Shown piece after piece: positions 17,163-25,698 of a DNA stretch of 39,550 nt. Origin of the DNA: Akkermansia muciniphila. Lineage in GTDB: Bacteria > Actinomycetota > Coriobacteriia > Coriobacteriales > QAMH01. Position 1 is the first letter of the stretch. Every line of letters begins with the position of its first letter. A model generated the notes under the pieces. That model searched no databases, was not told the DNA's origin, and saw nothing but the letters and a program-made list of their open reading frames with translations. The translations under genes and the position numbers were made by a program. The DNA is taken from NCBI GenBank assembly GCA_963600995.1, contig CAVCDT010000004.1:1-39550 (forward strand), written 5' to 3'.

Positions 17163-18194
17163 ATGAACATGACCTTCGAGCGCAAGCTGCCCATCCCCAT
17201 GGCCGTCAAGGAGATGTACCCTTTGTCCGATGCGATGCGCGAGCTGGTGGAGAGGCGCCGCGCAGAGGTCGAGCGCATCTTCAAGGGCGAAGACGACCGC
17301 ATCGTCTTGATCATCGGCCCTTGCTCGGCCGATAACGAGGACTCCGTTATGGACTACATCTTGCGCTTGGCGCAGGTGCAGCCCAAGGTCAAGGACAAGA
17401 TCTGCATCATCCCGCGTATCTACACCAACAAGCCGCGCACCACCGGCCAAGGTTACAAGGGCCTGGTCCATCAGCCGGACCCGACGGCGGCTCCCGATGC
17501 CTTCAACGGCATCATCGCCACGCGCGAGCTGCATATGCGCGCCATCGAGGAGGCCGGCTTCACCTGCGCAGACGAGATGCTCTATCCGCAGAACTACAAG
17601 TACCTTGACGACATCTTGGGATATGTCGCTGTGGGTGCGAGGTCGGTGGAAAACCAGGAGCATCGCCTGGTCGCAAGCGGAATCGAGGTTCCCGTGGGCA
17701 TGAAGAACCCCACCTCGGGCGATCTGTCTGTGATGATGAACTCCGTCGTCGCCGCGCAAAGCGAGCATGACTTCATCTACCGCGGCTGGTCTGTCAAGTC
17801 AGCTGGCAACCCGCTCGCCCATGTGATCATGCGCGGTTACACGGACGAGCAAGGCGGGGTCTATCCCAACTACCACTATGAGAACCTCGTGCGCGTGCAC
17901 GAGCTCTACGCTGCCAAGCCCAGCTTGCAGCATCCTGCGGTGATCATCGACGCCAACCATTCCAACTCGCGCAAGAATCCCTTCGAGCAGCCGCGCATCA
18001 TCAAAGAGGTGCTCAACTACTGCTCCTACAACAGCGAGCTCAAGGGCCTCATCAAGGGCTTCATGGTCGAAAGCTATATCGAGGACGGCAATCAGAAGGT
18101 GGGCGAGGGCGTCTACGGCAAGTCGATCACAGACGCCTGCCTGGGCTGGGAGAAGTCCGAGCGCCTCATTTACGAGATTGCCGATCTGCTCTAG
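17163..18194 (+). CDS. aroG: 3-deoxy-7-phosphoheptulonate (DAHP) synthase, class I (AroF/G/H type)
   Basis: 343 aa with class I features: IVLIIGPCSADNEDSVMDY, IPRIYTNKPRTT...YKGLV, IDANHSNS. Isoenzyme specificity cannot be read from the sequence. Confidence 0.9.
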   Translation: MNMTFERKLPIPMAVKEMYPLSDAMRELVERRRAEVERIFKGEDDRIVLIIGPCSADNEDSVMDYILRLAQVQPKVKDKICIIPRIYTNKPRTTGQGYKGLVHQPDPTAAPDAFNGIIATRELHMRAIEEAGFTCADEMLYPQNYKYLDDILGYVAVGARSVENQEHRLVASGIEVPVGMKNPTSGDLSVMMNSVVAAQSEHDFIYRGWSVKSAGNPLAHVIMRGYTDEQGGVYPNYHYENLVRVHELYAAKPSLQHPAVIIDANHSNSRKNPFEQPRIIKEVLNYCSYNSELKGLIKGFMVESYIEDGNQKVGEGVYGKSITDACLGWEKSERLIYEIADLL

Positions 18195-18331
18195 GCAGCT
18201 GTCGGGGTCGTGGCGCTTACTGCGCCTGCAATGAGAACGAGGCCCTGGTCAGAGCCCTACAAGGGCATGGCCGGAGCCTTCTTGCGCCTTGCATGCTGTG
18301 AGACGCCTGGCAGCAACTCGAGCAGTCGGGT

Positions 18332-19723
18332 CTAGGCGTCTTCGCCCTCGGTCGTTTTGATCCCCATCGCGATGCAGAGGAGCATCAGCAGTGCGAAGGC
18401 AGCAGAGAAGACGAAGGCGGCCTGGTAGGGGAGTGCCGCCTGCCCGCCCATCTGTGCTGCGCAGCTTACGATGAGCATCATGATCGCGGTGCCCACCGAG
18501 GCGCAAACCTGGCGCAGCAAGGCGAGGAAGCTGCTCCCGTCCGGGGTGAGCGCACCCAGCTGGGACAGGCCGTAGGCCATGGTGGGGCCCATCAGACACG
18601 ACATACCCGCACCGCGCAGGGTCTGGGCGAACATGACCCAAGCCAAGGGGCTCGACTCGCTTACGAAGCACATCGCTATGGCACCTGCCGTCATGAGGAG
18701 CCCGCCGGTGAGGGCAACCGGGCGTGCACCCAGCTTATCGGTGGCAAAGCCGGAAAGCGGGTTGAGGATGAGCGCGAGGATGGTTGCGGGCAGGAAGATG
18801 AGGCCTGCCTGCGTGGCCGTTCCGCCGCAGGCGTTTTGCCAGTACAGCGGGGCGATGAGCGTGATGCCCATGTAGGAGACGAGCATCGCGCACTGCAGGG
18901 CGAGCACCCAGGAGAAGCGCTTCGATTTGAAGATCTGCAGGTCGATGAGCGGGTCGCGCAAGCGCTTCTGGCGTACGAGGAACAAGGTCACGAACACGGC
19001 GCCCAAGGCTATGCACAGCCATACGGTCGCATTGCCGACGCCCAGGCTCGACGCGTTGGAGATTCCCAAGAGCATAAGCCCGAACCCCAGGGCGGATAGC
19101 GCGAGCGAAGGGCCGTCGAGGGTGGCGTTGCCGTGGGGAGCGTCTTCTTTGGGTGTTGCTGCGAGCAGGCATACGAGCAAGGCGATGCATATGACGGCCA
19201 TGCCGATGAAGACTACGCGCCATCCGGGGCCCTCTGCCGCGGCGCCTCCTAGGATGGGCCCCACGTTGGGGGCGAATCCCATGGCTATGCCCGCGATACC
19301 CAGAGCTGTCGCCTTCTGTCCGGCAGGAAAGCGCATGGCGGGGAAGGTCTGGACCAGGGGCAGCGTGATGCCGGTCGAGACAGCCTGCAGGATGCGCCCC
19401 GCGAGCTGCACCCAGAAGCTTGTCCCCAAAGCCCCCAGCGCGCAGCCGGCAAAGAAGACGCCGATGCTTGCGCAGACGATCGACCTCGTGCTGAAGCTCT
19501 TGGCGAGGAAGGCGGCCCCGACGACGGTGATGCCCATGACGAGCATATAGGAGGTGGTGAGCCACTGCCCGACGTTCGCCTCGAAGCCGAGCTCTGCGCC
19601 CATGGCGAGCATCATGCCGTTGACGGCCGTCTGCGAGAAGTTGCCCAGCGCGCAGATGATGACGAGCACGGCGAAGAGCGCGTAGATGCCCCTTCTTGTC
19701 TGGCTGTCCCTTGCCGCCGTCAT
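18332..19723 (-). CDS. MFS transporter, DHA2 (EmrB/QacA-like) drug:H+ antiporter family
   Basis: 463 aa and hydrophobic throughout, with about 14 predicted helices by eye. MFS motif-A-like PLSGFATDKLGARP. Confidence 0.85.
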   Translation of the reverse strand: MTAARDSQTRRGIYALFAVLVIICALGNFSQTAVNGMMLAMGAELGFEANVGQWLTTSYMLVMGITVVGAAFLAKSFSTRSIVCASIGVFFAGCALGALGTSFWVQLAGRILQAVSTGITLPLVQTFPAMRFPAGQKATALGIAGIAMGFAPNVGPILGGAAAEGPGWRVVFIGMAVICIALLVCLLAATPKEDAPHGNATLDGPSLALSALGFGLMLLGISNASSLGVGNATVWLCIALGAVFVTLFLVRQKRLRDPLIDLQIFKSKRFSWVLALQCAMLVSYMGITLIAPLYWQNACGGTATQAGLIFLPATILALILNPLSGFATDKLGARPVALTGGLLMTAGAIAMCFVSESSPLAWVMFAQTLRGAGMSCLMGPTMAYGLSQLGALTPDGSSFLALLRQVCASVGTAIMMLIVSCAAQMGGQAALPYQAAFVFSAAFALLMLLCIAMGIKTTEGEDA

Positions 19724-20001
19724 GCGCAGTCACCCATGTTGAGATTCATCGATACGAGCTTGTGCAAGTGCTTTATCACACTTGTTGCTTGGGCGCTGTC
19801 GAGCGGCTCGCCGGCGTCGACGCGCGCTTTGAGTGCGAAGGTCGAGCGTATGAAAGCCGCATCATCTTGGCTGAGCATGCCCTTTTCGATGCAGTTGGCG
19901 AGGTTTTGCTCTATGTCGTAGGTGAGCCCGGCGCGGCGCAGCTGTACTTCGATGAGCCTCATGGTCCCGTTGAACTGCCGCTCTATGGCCACTTCTGTCA
20001 T
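19720..20001 (-). CDS. Small hypothetical helical protein, translationally coupled to the MFS gene
   Basis: 93-aa ORF from ATG 20001 (MTEVAIERQFNGTMRLIEVQL...). Its stop overlaps the MFS ATG in ATGA (19720-19723). An AGGGGG RBS lies upstream. No HTH or TM segment was recognised. Confidence 0.5.
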   Translation of the reverse strand: MTEVAIERQFNGTMRLIEVQLRRAGLTYDIEQNLANCIEKGMLSQDDAAFIRSTFALKARVDAGEPLDSAQATSVIKHLHKLVSMNLNMGDCA

Positions 20002-20231
20002 ATCCGCCCCCTGGCTTGACCCTCGATTATGCCGATAATTGTACACTCCACATCCAGCGACTTGCCGTGCACCGCCAGCCTGCAGGCACCCTCGCACTGC
20101 GCTCTGCCGGCTGCTCTGCACATCTTTTACCTTCGCGCTGCCGTAGGCGCTGCTTGTTCCCTATACTTTTGCGCAAAGACACGTCCGCGCGACCTTGTGC
20201 GCGCATTGCTCGTAAACCGGGAAGCTACTGC

Positions 20232-21269
20232 ATGGCAAAGCGCTGGAACCTCATACTGCCCTTGGTGGTCATCGCGCTGGTGGTCTTCGTCGTCGCGTTC
20301 AAACGCGAGGAGCTGGGCGAGTTCGTCGCCACCATCGGCGCCGTGCGCACCGTTCCCTTCTGCATCGCCGTGACCTGCCTTTTTGGGCGCTATCTCACGC
20401 ATGCATTTGCCTACAAGGGGCTTTTCAGGCTCGTGGACGAGGAGGTCGCCTATACGCATGTCGTGCCCTTGGTCTTCAGCGTGACCTTCGCCAACGACTG
20501 CGCGCCTACGGCTGGCACTGCCGGCTCCGTCCTCATCGCGAGTTGGTGCTACAAGCAGGGCATGCCCGCCGGTAAGTCCGTGAGCGTCGTCTTCTTGGAG
20601 AAAGTCGGCTATTTTGGCGGTTTCGCCGTGGTGATGCTCGTCGGTTTGGCCATCCTGCTCTTTACCGGGCAGATGCAGCTCTACCTGCTCTTGGGCGTCT
20701 TGGCCATGGCGCTCATGATCGGGTTCGTGGTCTTCGTCCTCGTCTTGGGTTACCGCGACCAGCGCCGCCTCATGGCCCTCATGCGCTGGCTGCGCCGCAA
20801 GCTCAACGCCGTGCTCGCCTTCTTCAAGCGCAAGCCCCTGCGTCCTTTCGAGGCCAAGGTCACCAAGTCCTTCCATAGCGCCGCTGTCATGGCGGCGAGC
20901 CGTCCCGTGCAGGCGGCGACCACCTTCGCGCGCTTCGTCATCGCGCATAGCTTCGACTGCTGCTGCTTCATCGCGACCGGGTTCGCCTTCGGGTTCACTG
21001 CCGTGCCCTATCTCATCGCAGGCTATGTGGCGGGCTTCATCATTGCCACCTTCGTCTTGCAGACCATAGGCGCCGTCGAGGTGCTCATCGCCTTGCTGAT
21101 GGCAGCCTACGGTGCGTCCGCCTCGGTCGCTGCGGCCTTGGCGCTGGCCTATCGCGGCCTCATCTTCTGGGTTCCCTTCGCTATCGGCGCCGTGTGCATC
21201 AACTTCACGGGCAAGGCCACCGGTGCCTTGCGCGGCGGCAAAAGCCAAAAGCGCATCGAGCTCGACTGA
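20232..21269 (+). CDS. Flippase-like / lysyl-phosphatidylglycerol-synthase-TM-region family membrane protein (UPF0104)
   Basis: 345-aa polytopic membrane protein starting MAKRWNLILPLVVIALVVFVVAFKREELGEF. Its architecture resembles the MprF-TM/UPF0104 family. The 72 upstream codons of track ORF 20016 are rejected. Confidence 0.6.
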   Translation: MAKRWNLILPLVVIALVVFVVAFKREELGEFVATIGAVRTVPFCIAVTCLFGRYLTHAFAYKGLFRLVDEEVAYTHVVPLVFSVTFANDCAPTAGTAGSVLIASWCYKQGMPAGKSVSVVFLEKVGYFGGFAVVMLVGLAILLFTGQMQLYLLLGVLAMALMIGFVVFVLVLGYRDQRRLMALMRWLRRKLNAVLAFFKRKPLRPFEAKVTKSFHSAAVMAASRPVQAATTFARFVIAHSFDCCCFIATGFAFGFTAVPYLIAGYVAGFIIATFVLQTIGAVEVLIALLMAAYGASASVAAALALAYRGLIFWVPFAIGAVCINFTGKATGALRGGKSQKRIELD

Positions 21270-21313
21270 GGCACTGGCTACGGCGCAAGGTTCTGCAGCG
21301 GTTTGGCGGGCGT

Positions 21314-22252
21314 CTAGTAGAAGAGATAGTTGAAGCGCGAGTCGAGCTTTGCCGCGGCAGGGGGCACGAGCCCCTCGCAGAGCTTCTCGTCGAGTGCTGT
21401 GACGATGCCGTCGGTTGCCGGAGAGATCACGAAACCCGCGACGTTGGCGGCGCTCAGGGTATCCGACATCCCGACGCTCTTGCAGATAGCCTCGTAGTGG
21501 TCGGCCAGAATCGAGCGGCTCTTCGAGATATCCGCGATGTTCATCGCGCTGTGCACCAGGCTGCCCGGCGTGTCGACGTAGAAGTAGACGGGCCTGTCGA
21601 CGATGGCCACGTGCGTGGTGTTGAGCATGTAGCGCAAGACGAAGACGTGGTCCTCCGCAAAATCCATGGTGTGGTCGAACTCAAGCCCCGCCTCCTCGAT
21701 GATGGACCTCTTGAAGAGCTTGTTCCACAGGCAGGCGTAGAAGTAGTTGGCCGGCGCCTTGAACATCGCCTTGACGTAGTCTGCGTAGGGGTAGACGCCG
21801 CTGGGCTCCGGGCGTTTCACGGCATAGCGGTCGCCACCTACGCGGTAGAAGCTCGCGACGGCGAGCTCTGCCTTGCCCTGAGCGGCATCGACGAGCGCCT
21901 CGAGCGCATAGGGGGCGTACCAGTCGTCCGAGTCGATGAAGGCGATCCAAGTGCCGCGGGCCAAGGCCAAGGCGAAGTTGCGCGTGAGGGAGACGCCATG
22001 GTTCTCGCGGCTGACGATGCGGAACCTCTCGTCTGCGCGGATGTTCTTGGCGGCGATCGCGAGGCTGTCATCGGTGGAGCCGTCGTCGACCAAGATAACC
22101 TCGAAGTCGCGCAGCGTCTGGGCCTTGATGCTCTCGATGCAGCAGGCGATGGTCTTGGCGGAGTTGTAGACGGGCAGGATGATGCTCACGAGGGGAGAGA
22201 GGGCCTGGTCCTCCTCTGCGACGCATGCGTTGATGTCGGTCATCTCTTGCAT
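21314..22252 (-). CDS. Glycosyltransferase family 2
   Basis: VSIILPVYNSAKTIACCIESIKAQTLRDFEVILVDDGSTDDS and the DSDD (DxD) motif; 312 aa. Confidence 0.9.
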   Translation of the reverse strand: MQEMTDINACVAEEDQALSPLVSIILPVYNSAKTIACCIESIKAQTLRDFEVILVDDGSTDDSLAIAAKNIRADERFRIVSRENHGVSLTRNFALALARGTWIAFIDSDDWYAPYALEALVDAAQGKAELAVASFYRVGGDRYAVKRPEPSGVYPYADYVKAMFKAPANYFYACLWNKLFKRSIIEEAGLEFDHTMDFAEDHVFVLRYMLNTTHVAIVDRPVYFYVDTPGSLVHSAMNIADISKSRSILADHYEAICKSVGMSDTLSAANVAGFVISPATDGIVTALDEKLCEGLVPPAAAKLDSRFNYLFY

Positions 22253-22330
22253 GGGGCCGATTATACGCGCTCCGCCTTAAGACAACCTTAGCTTGTAGCT
22301 AAGCTGGCATATCCCGCCTTGGGCCTTCGC

Positions 22331-23263
22331 TTAGAAGAGGGCCATCTGGATATCCTCGTCTTCCTGCGGGCTAGGTTGAGGCTGCTTCTCCTCTTCAGGT
22401 TCCTCTGCCTGCCTTTTGGGTTTCGCAGCGCGCTTTCTCTTGGGTTTCGCGGCGGGTTGCGGCTCATCTGCTTGGGCGTCTTGCATAGGCTCGATTGGGG
22501 CTGCCTCTGTTGCCTCTGCTTCTTTTGCGGCGTTATCCTCGCTGCCTTGCTGCTTGGAGTCTGCCTCGCTTTGGGCGGCGGCATCGGCCTCGGGGGTGCT
22601 GGCTGCAGTGCTGTCGTCAGCCGTGCTGCTGCTCGATGTGTTGTCAGCCACTGCGGCGCTGCCTGCATCAAGCGCTGTGCCTGCAGCAGGGGAGGCGCTC
22701 GGCTGGCTCGCCTCTGCAGAGCTGCCTGCCACTGCGCTTGCGCCCGTGATGAGCGACGTCGCGTGGAGTGCCGCATCGTCGAACGCGGCTTTGCGGCGCT
22801 TGCGGGCGGCTTCGTTCATGACTGCGACGCTGCCGTAGAAGCCAAAGCGAACTGCATCGGCGAGCGCATCGCCTTCAAGGGCGCCTGCACAGGTGATGTT
22901 GGGGGCGACCAAGTCGAGCAAGCGCTCGGCAAAGGCATGGTCTCCATCGGCGGCGAGAAGCGGGCAGAGCCACTTGCCCTCCTTCTTGTAGAAGGCGGCG
23001 ACGATGACGGGGACGTCTGCGAGCACGTTCTTGCCCGCCATCTCCTCGAGCTGGGCTGTAAGGCGATCTATGAGCTCGTCTTCGAGCAGCGACAAGACGG
23101 TGTTCGCGTCTTGGAAGTACAGATAGAACGTAGAGCGGTAGACGCCTGCGGCATCGGTGATCTCGCGCACGGAGATCTGGTCGATGGGCTTTGCCTTGTA
23201 CAGCTTCCAGAACGCGTCGATCAGTGCCGCCTTGGTCCTGGCGGTTCTCTCTGCTTGCTTCAT
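22331..23263 (-). CDS. TetR/AcrR family transcriptional regulator with ~140-aa low-complexity C-terminal tail
   Basis: N-terminal HTH TKAALIDAFWKLYKAKPIDQISVREITDAAGVYRSTFYLYFQD. From about aa 172 the tail is Ala/Ser/Asp/Glu-rich and ends KPKRKRAAKPKRQAEEPEEEKQPQPSPQEDEDIQMALF. Confidence 0.88.
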   Translation of the reverse strand: MKQAERTARTKAALIDAFWKLYKAKPIDQISVREITDAAGVYRSTFYLYFQDANTVLSLLEDELIDRLTAQLEEMAGKNVLADVPVIVAAFYKKEGKWLCPLLAADGDHAFAERLLDLVAPNITCAGALEGDALADAVRFGFYGSVAVMNEAARKRRKAAFDDAALHATSLITGASAVAGSSAEASQPSASPAAGTALDAGSAAVADNTSSSSTADDSTAASTPEADAAAQSEADSKQQGSEDNAAKEAEATEAAPIEPMQDAQADEPQPAAKPKRKRAAKPKRQAEEPEEEKQPQPSPQEDEDIQMALF

Positions 23264-23287
23264 CGGGGATCCCCTGTCTACGTTTTC

Positions 23288-23339
23288 GCTACATTGTGTC
23301 GCAGGTTTTGCGTCTGCTGATTATACGACAACATGTAGC
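23288..23339. promoter_or_regulatory. Candidate TetR promoter with two operator-like 15-mers
   Basis: O1 GCTACATTGTGTCGC (23288-23302) and O2 ACGACAACATGTAGC (23325-23339) are inverted copies, 12/15 identical after reverse complement. They flank a minus-strand TATAAT (23320-23325) about 55 nt upstream of the TetR ATG. Confidence 0.45.
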
Positions 23340-23361
23340 TTAAAAGCAGGGTGCGTGCCGG

Positions 23362-24558
23362 CTATCCGTGTTGCTGCGTGACGGTCATCGTCTCGAAGTG
23401 TGTCTGCATGAACGGGTCGGGGAAGTTCTCGTTGTAGAAGAGCTCGACGGCGCTCTGGGGCTCGTTTCCCGCTGCGCGCTTGGTCCAGCAGTCGATGGCC
23501 TGCACGGTCATCACGGCGTTGACGAGCATGAACGCGGCTACAACGACGGTGATGGTGTAGCGCGACTTCCAGGGGATGCAGTTGATGAGCGCGAGCAGGC
23601 GCGGCAGCATGAGCTTGATCCAGACGGTGCCCAGCATGCCCCACATGCACATGTAGAAGAGGTTGGTGCGCCCGCCGATGTTGAGGAAGGTTCCGCTGTA
23701 ATCCCAGCACACGACCCCGAAGGCCGTCTCCCAAAACCAGCTCACGGCGAACTCGAACGCCCCGCCTATCACGGCGCTGACGAGGAATATGGGCACGAGG
23801 TTCTTGTTGTAGAAGCGGTTGAGCGCCATGGTCATGAGCAGCGCGCCCATGCCGTAGATAGGAGAGAACGCCCCGAAGAGCATGCCGCTGCGGTGCATGA
23901 AATGCCCGTCTTTGACAAGCACGAACGCCACTTCGAGAAAGTCGCCCAGTATGCAGCAGACCAAGAATATCCAAAAGCAGTTGAAGAAGTTCAGGGTGAT
24001 GTAGCCCTTGCCAGAAGGGTCGCGCCCCAAGGTCCCCTCTTCCAGCTGCTTGCGGTCCTCCATCGTGCGCAGCTGCGCATCCAGGCGGCGCTCTTGGGCA
24101 AGCGAGGGGTCGAGGTAGGACGAGATCGCGAACTGCCCCAGCAGGGTTGCGGTCAAGACGAGGGATGCGGTGTCTATCCCGAAGACGAGGATGTCCAAGA
24201 AGAGCGCGACGCCCGTGACGGCCATGAGGACGAGTATGGTGCGTGCGGCGTACTTGCGGCGGTTGCGGATGATGTTGAGGCCCAGGAGCAGGTGCACGCT
24301 CGCGAGTAGGACGAGCATGACGTAGAGGGCGACGTAGGCCATCATGGCCAGGCTTCCCTCGTAGAAGACCACGCCTGCTGCCATCTGGTGGGCTAAGGCG
24401 ACAAGCCCCAGCACCAGCGCGGCGATCATCGCGCCGCTCACGATGATGCACAAGATCCCGAAGACCTTGGTGAAGGCGTTTACACGGCGGCTGTCTATGG
24501 GCACGTCGTCGGCAAGGCCGTCCTCCCAGCTGGCTTTGATCTTGCTAAGAAATCCCAT
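23362..24558 (-). CDS. Polytopic membrane protein with C-terminal 'putative ABC-transporter type IV' (CmpB/DUF1113-like) domain
   Basis: The C-terminal half (FFNCFWIFLVCCILGDFLEV...FGAFSPIYGMGALLM...GGAFEFAVSWFWE...WDYS) resembles PF06541-type proteins. The N-terminal half adds 4-5 TM helices. ATG 24558 is preceded by GGGAG. Confidence 0.65.
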   Translation of the reverse strand: MGFLSKIKASWEDGLADDVPIDSRRVNAFTKVFGILCIIVSGAMIAALVLGLVALAHQMAAGVVFYEGSLAMMAYVALYVMLVLLASVHLLLGLNIIRNRRKYAARTILVLMAVTGVALFLDILVFGIDTASLVLTATLLGQFAISSYLDPSLAQERRLDAQLRTMEDRKQLEEGTLGRDPSGKGYITLNFFNCFWIFLVCCILGDFLEVAFVLVKDGHFMHRSGMLFGAFSPIYGMGALLMTMALNRFYNKNLVPIFLVSAVIGGAFEFAVSWFWETAFGVVCWDYSGTFLNIGGRTNLFYMCMWGMLGTVWIKLMLPRLLALINCIPWKSRYTITVVVAAFMLVNAVMTVQAIDCWTKRAAGNEPQSAVELFYNENFPDPFMQTHFETMTVTQQHG

Positions 24559-24679
24559 GTCGGCTCCCGTGCCCTTCGCGGTCTGTACGCCAAGGAGTGT
24601 AGCATGCGCCTCTAGTGCGGCCGGGAGATCGAAGCGCATGCGCATTGGGAGGCCGAGGACGGGCTTGAGCGTGGATGTC

Positions 24680-25522
24680 CTAAGCTTCGATGCCGGCGTT
24701 CATGCTCCCGGTGCGGTAGCCGTCGACATCGATGCTCACGTGGGTAAATCCCAGCTCGTGGAAGCGCTCGCTTCCCTGTGCTCGCATGTAGGCGAGCAGG
24801 TCGTCGATGCGCTCTGGCGTTGCTTCGATGCGTGCGAGGGTCCCGTTCTCGTGCATGCGCACCCTCAGCTGACCCAGGCCCTCGTCGATGAGCAGCTGCT
24901 CGGCTGCGTCGAGGCGCTCGAGAAGCTGGGCGGTGATGGGCTGGCCGTAGGGAAAGCGCGTCGCAAGGCAGGCAAACGACGGCTTGTCGGCGGTTGCAAG
25001 GCCCATCTCGCGCGAAAGCTCGCGGATCTCGTCCTTGGCAAGGCTGGCAGCCTCGAGCGGGCTCAGACAGCCCAGCTCGCCTACGGCAGCGTGTCCGGGC
25101 CGGTAGTCTAAAAGGTCGCTCGCGTTGGAGCCCTCGAGATAGGGGATGCGCTGTCCGGGCGCGATGATGCCCAGCTCTGCTGCGCGGGCGTCTGCTATCT
25201 CGCGCAGGATCGTGAAGAGGTTGACCTTGCACAGATAGCAGCGGTTCTGCGGGTTGTCCTTGAGTGCTTCCCAGCCGTCCACGTCGTGGGTGACGACGAA
25301 CTGCCGTATGCCGCGCTCTTTGCAAAACGCCGTAGCGCCTGCTGTCTCGCGGGCGGGGTAGAGGGGGTTCGACTCTGTGATGGCGATCACGTTGTCGCCG
25401 AGCTCTTCATGCGCCACGGCCAGAAGGAACGTCGAGTCGACACCGCCAGAAAAGCTGACGGCAGCGCATCCCAGGTTGCGGATGATTGCGCGCAGTTTGT
25501 CGAGTTTCGCGTGAAGCTCCAT
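24680..25522 (-). CDS. larE: LarE-family PP-loop ATP-dependent sulfur transferase
   Basis: PP-loop SFSGGVDST plus NRCYLCK and SFACLATRFPYG. The latter is equivalent to the Cys-containing SRFPYG segment of Lactobacillus plantarum LarE. C-terminus FTHVSIDVDGYRTGSMN. Confidence 0.8.
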   Translation of the reverse strand: MELHAKLDKLRAIIRNLGCAAVSFSGGVDSTFLLAVAHEELGDNVIAITESNPLYPARETAGATAFCKERGIRQFVVTHDVDGWEALKDNPQNRCYLCKVNLFTILREIADARAAELGIIAPGQRIPYLEGSNASDLLDYRPGHAAVGELGCLSPLEAASLAKDEIRELSREMGLATADKPSFACLATRFPYGQPITAQLLERLDAAEQLLIDEGLGQLRVRMHENGTLARIEATPERIDDLLAYMRAQGSERFHELGFTHVSIDVDGYRTGSMNAGIEA

Positions 25523-25566
25523 GGTCGGTCTCTCCTAAATACGTAACGATAAGGCGTTTGTTTTGC

Positions 25567-25595
25567 ATATTAGCGACATCGCGTCACTAAAACAA
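25567..25595 (-). promoter_or_regulatory. Possible larE promoter (TTGTTT-N17-TAATAT on minus strand)
   Basis: Minus-strand -35 TTGTTT (25590-25595) and -10 TAATAT (25567-25572). The spacer contains the imperfect inverted repeat TAGCGAC-N5-GTCACTA. Confidence 0.4.
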
Positions 25596-25698
25596 GAGTG
25601 CCGCAGCAACAGATCGCGTTGCGTCGAGCTGTACGGGAATGTATCGCGTGCCGGTTTGCGTTGAGAGATGCGCTGGGCTGAGCGGCGCTGCTGTCTCT

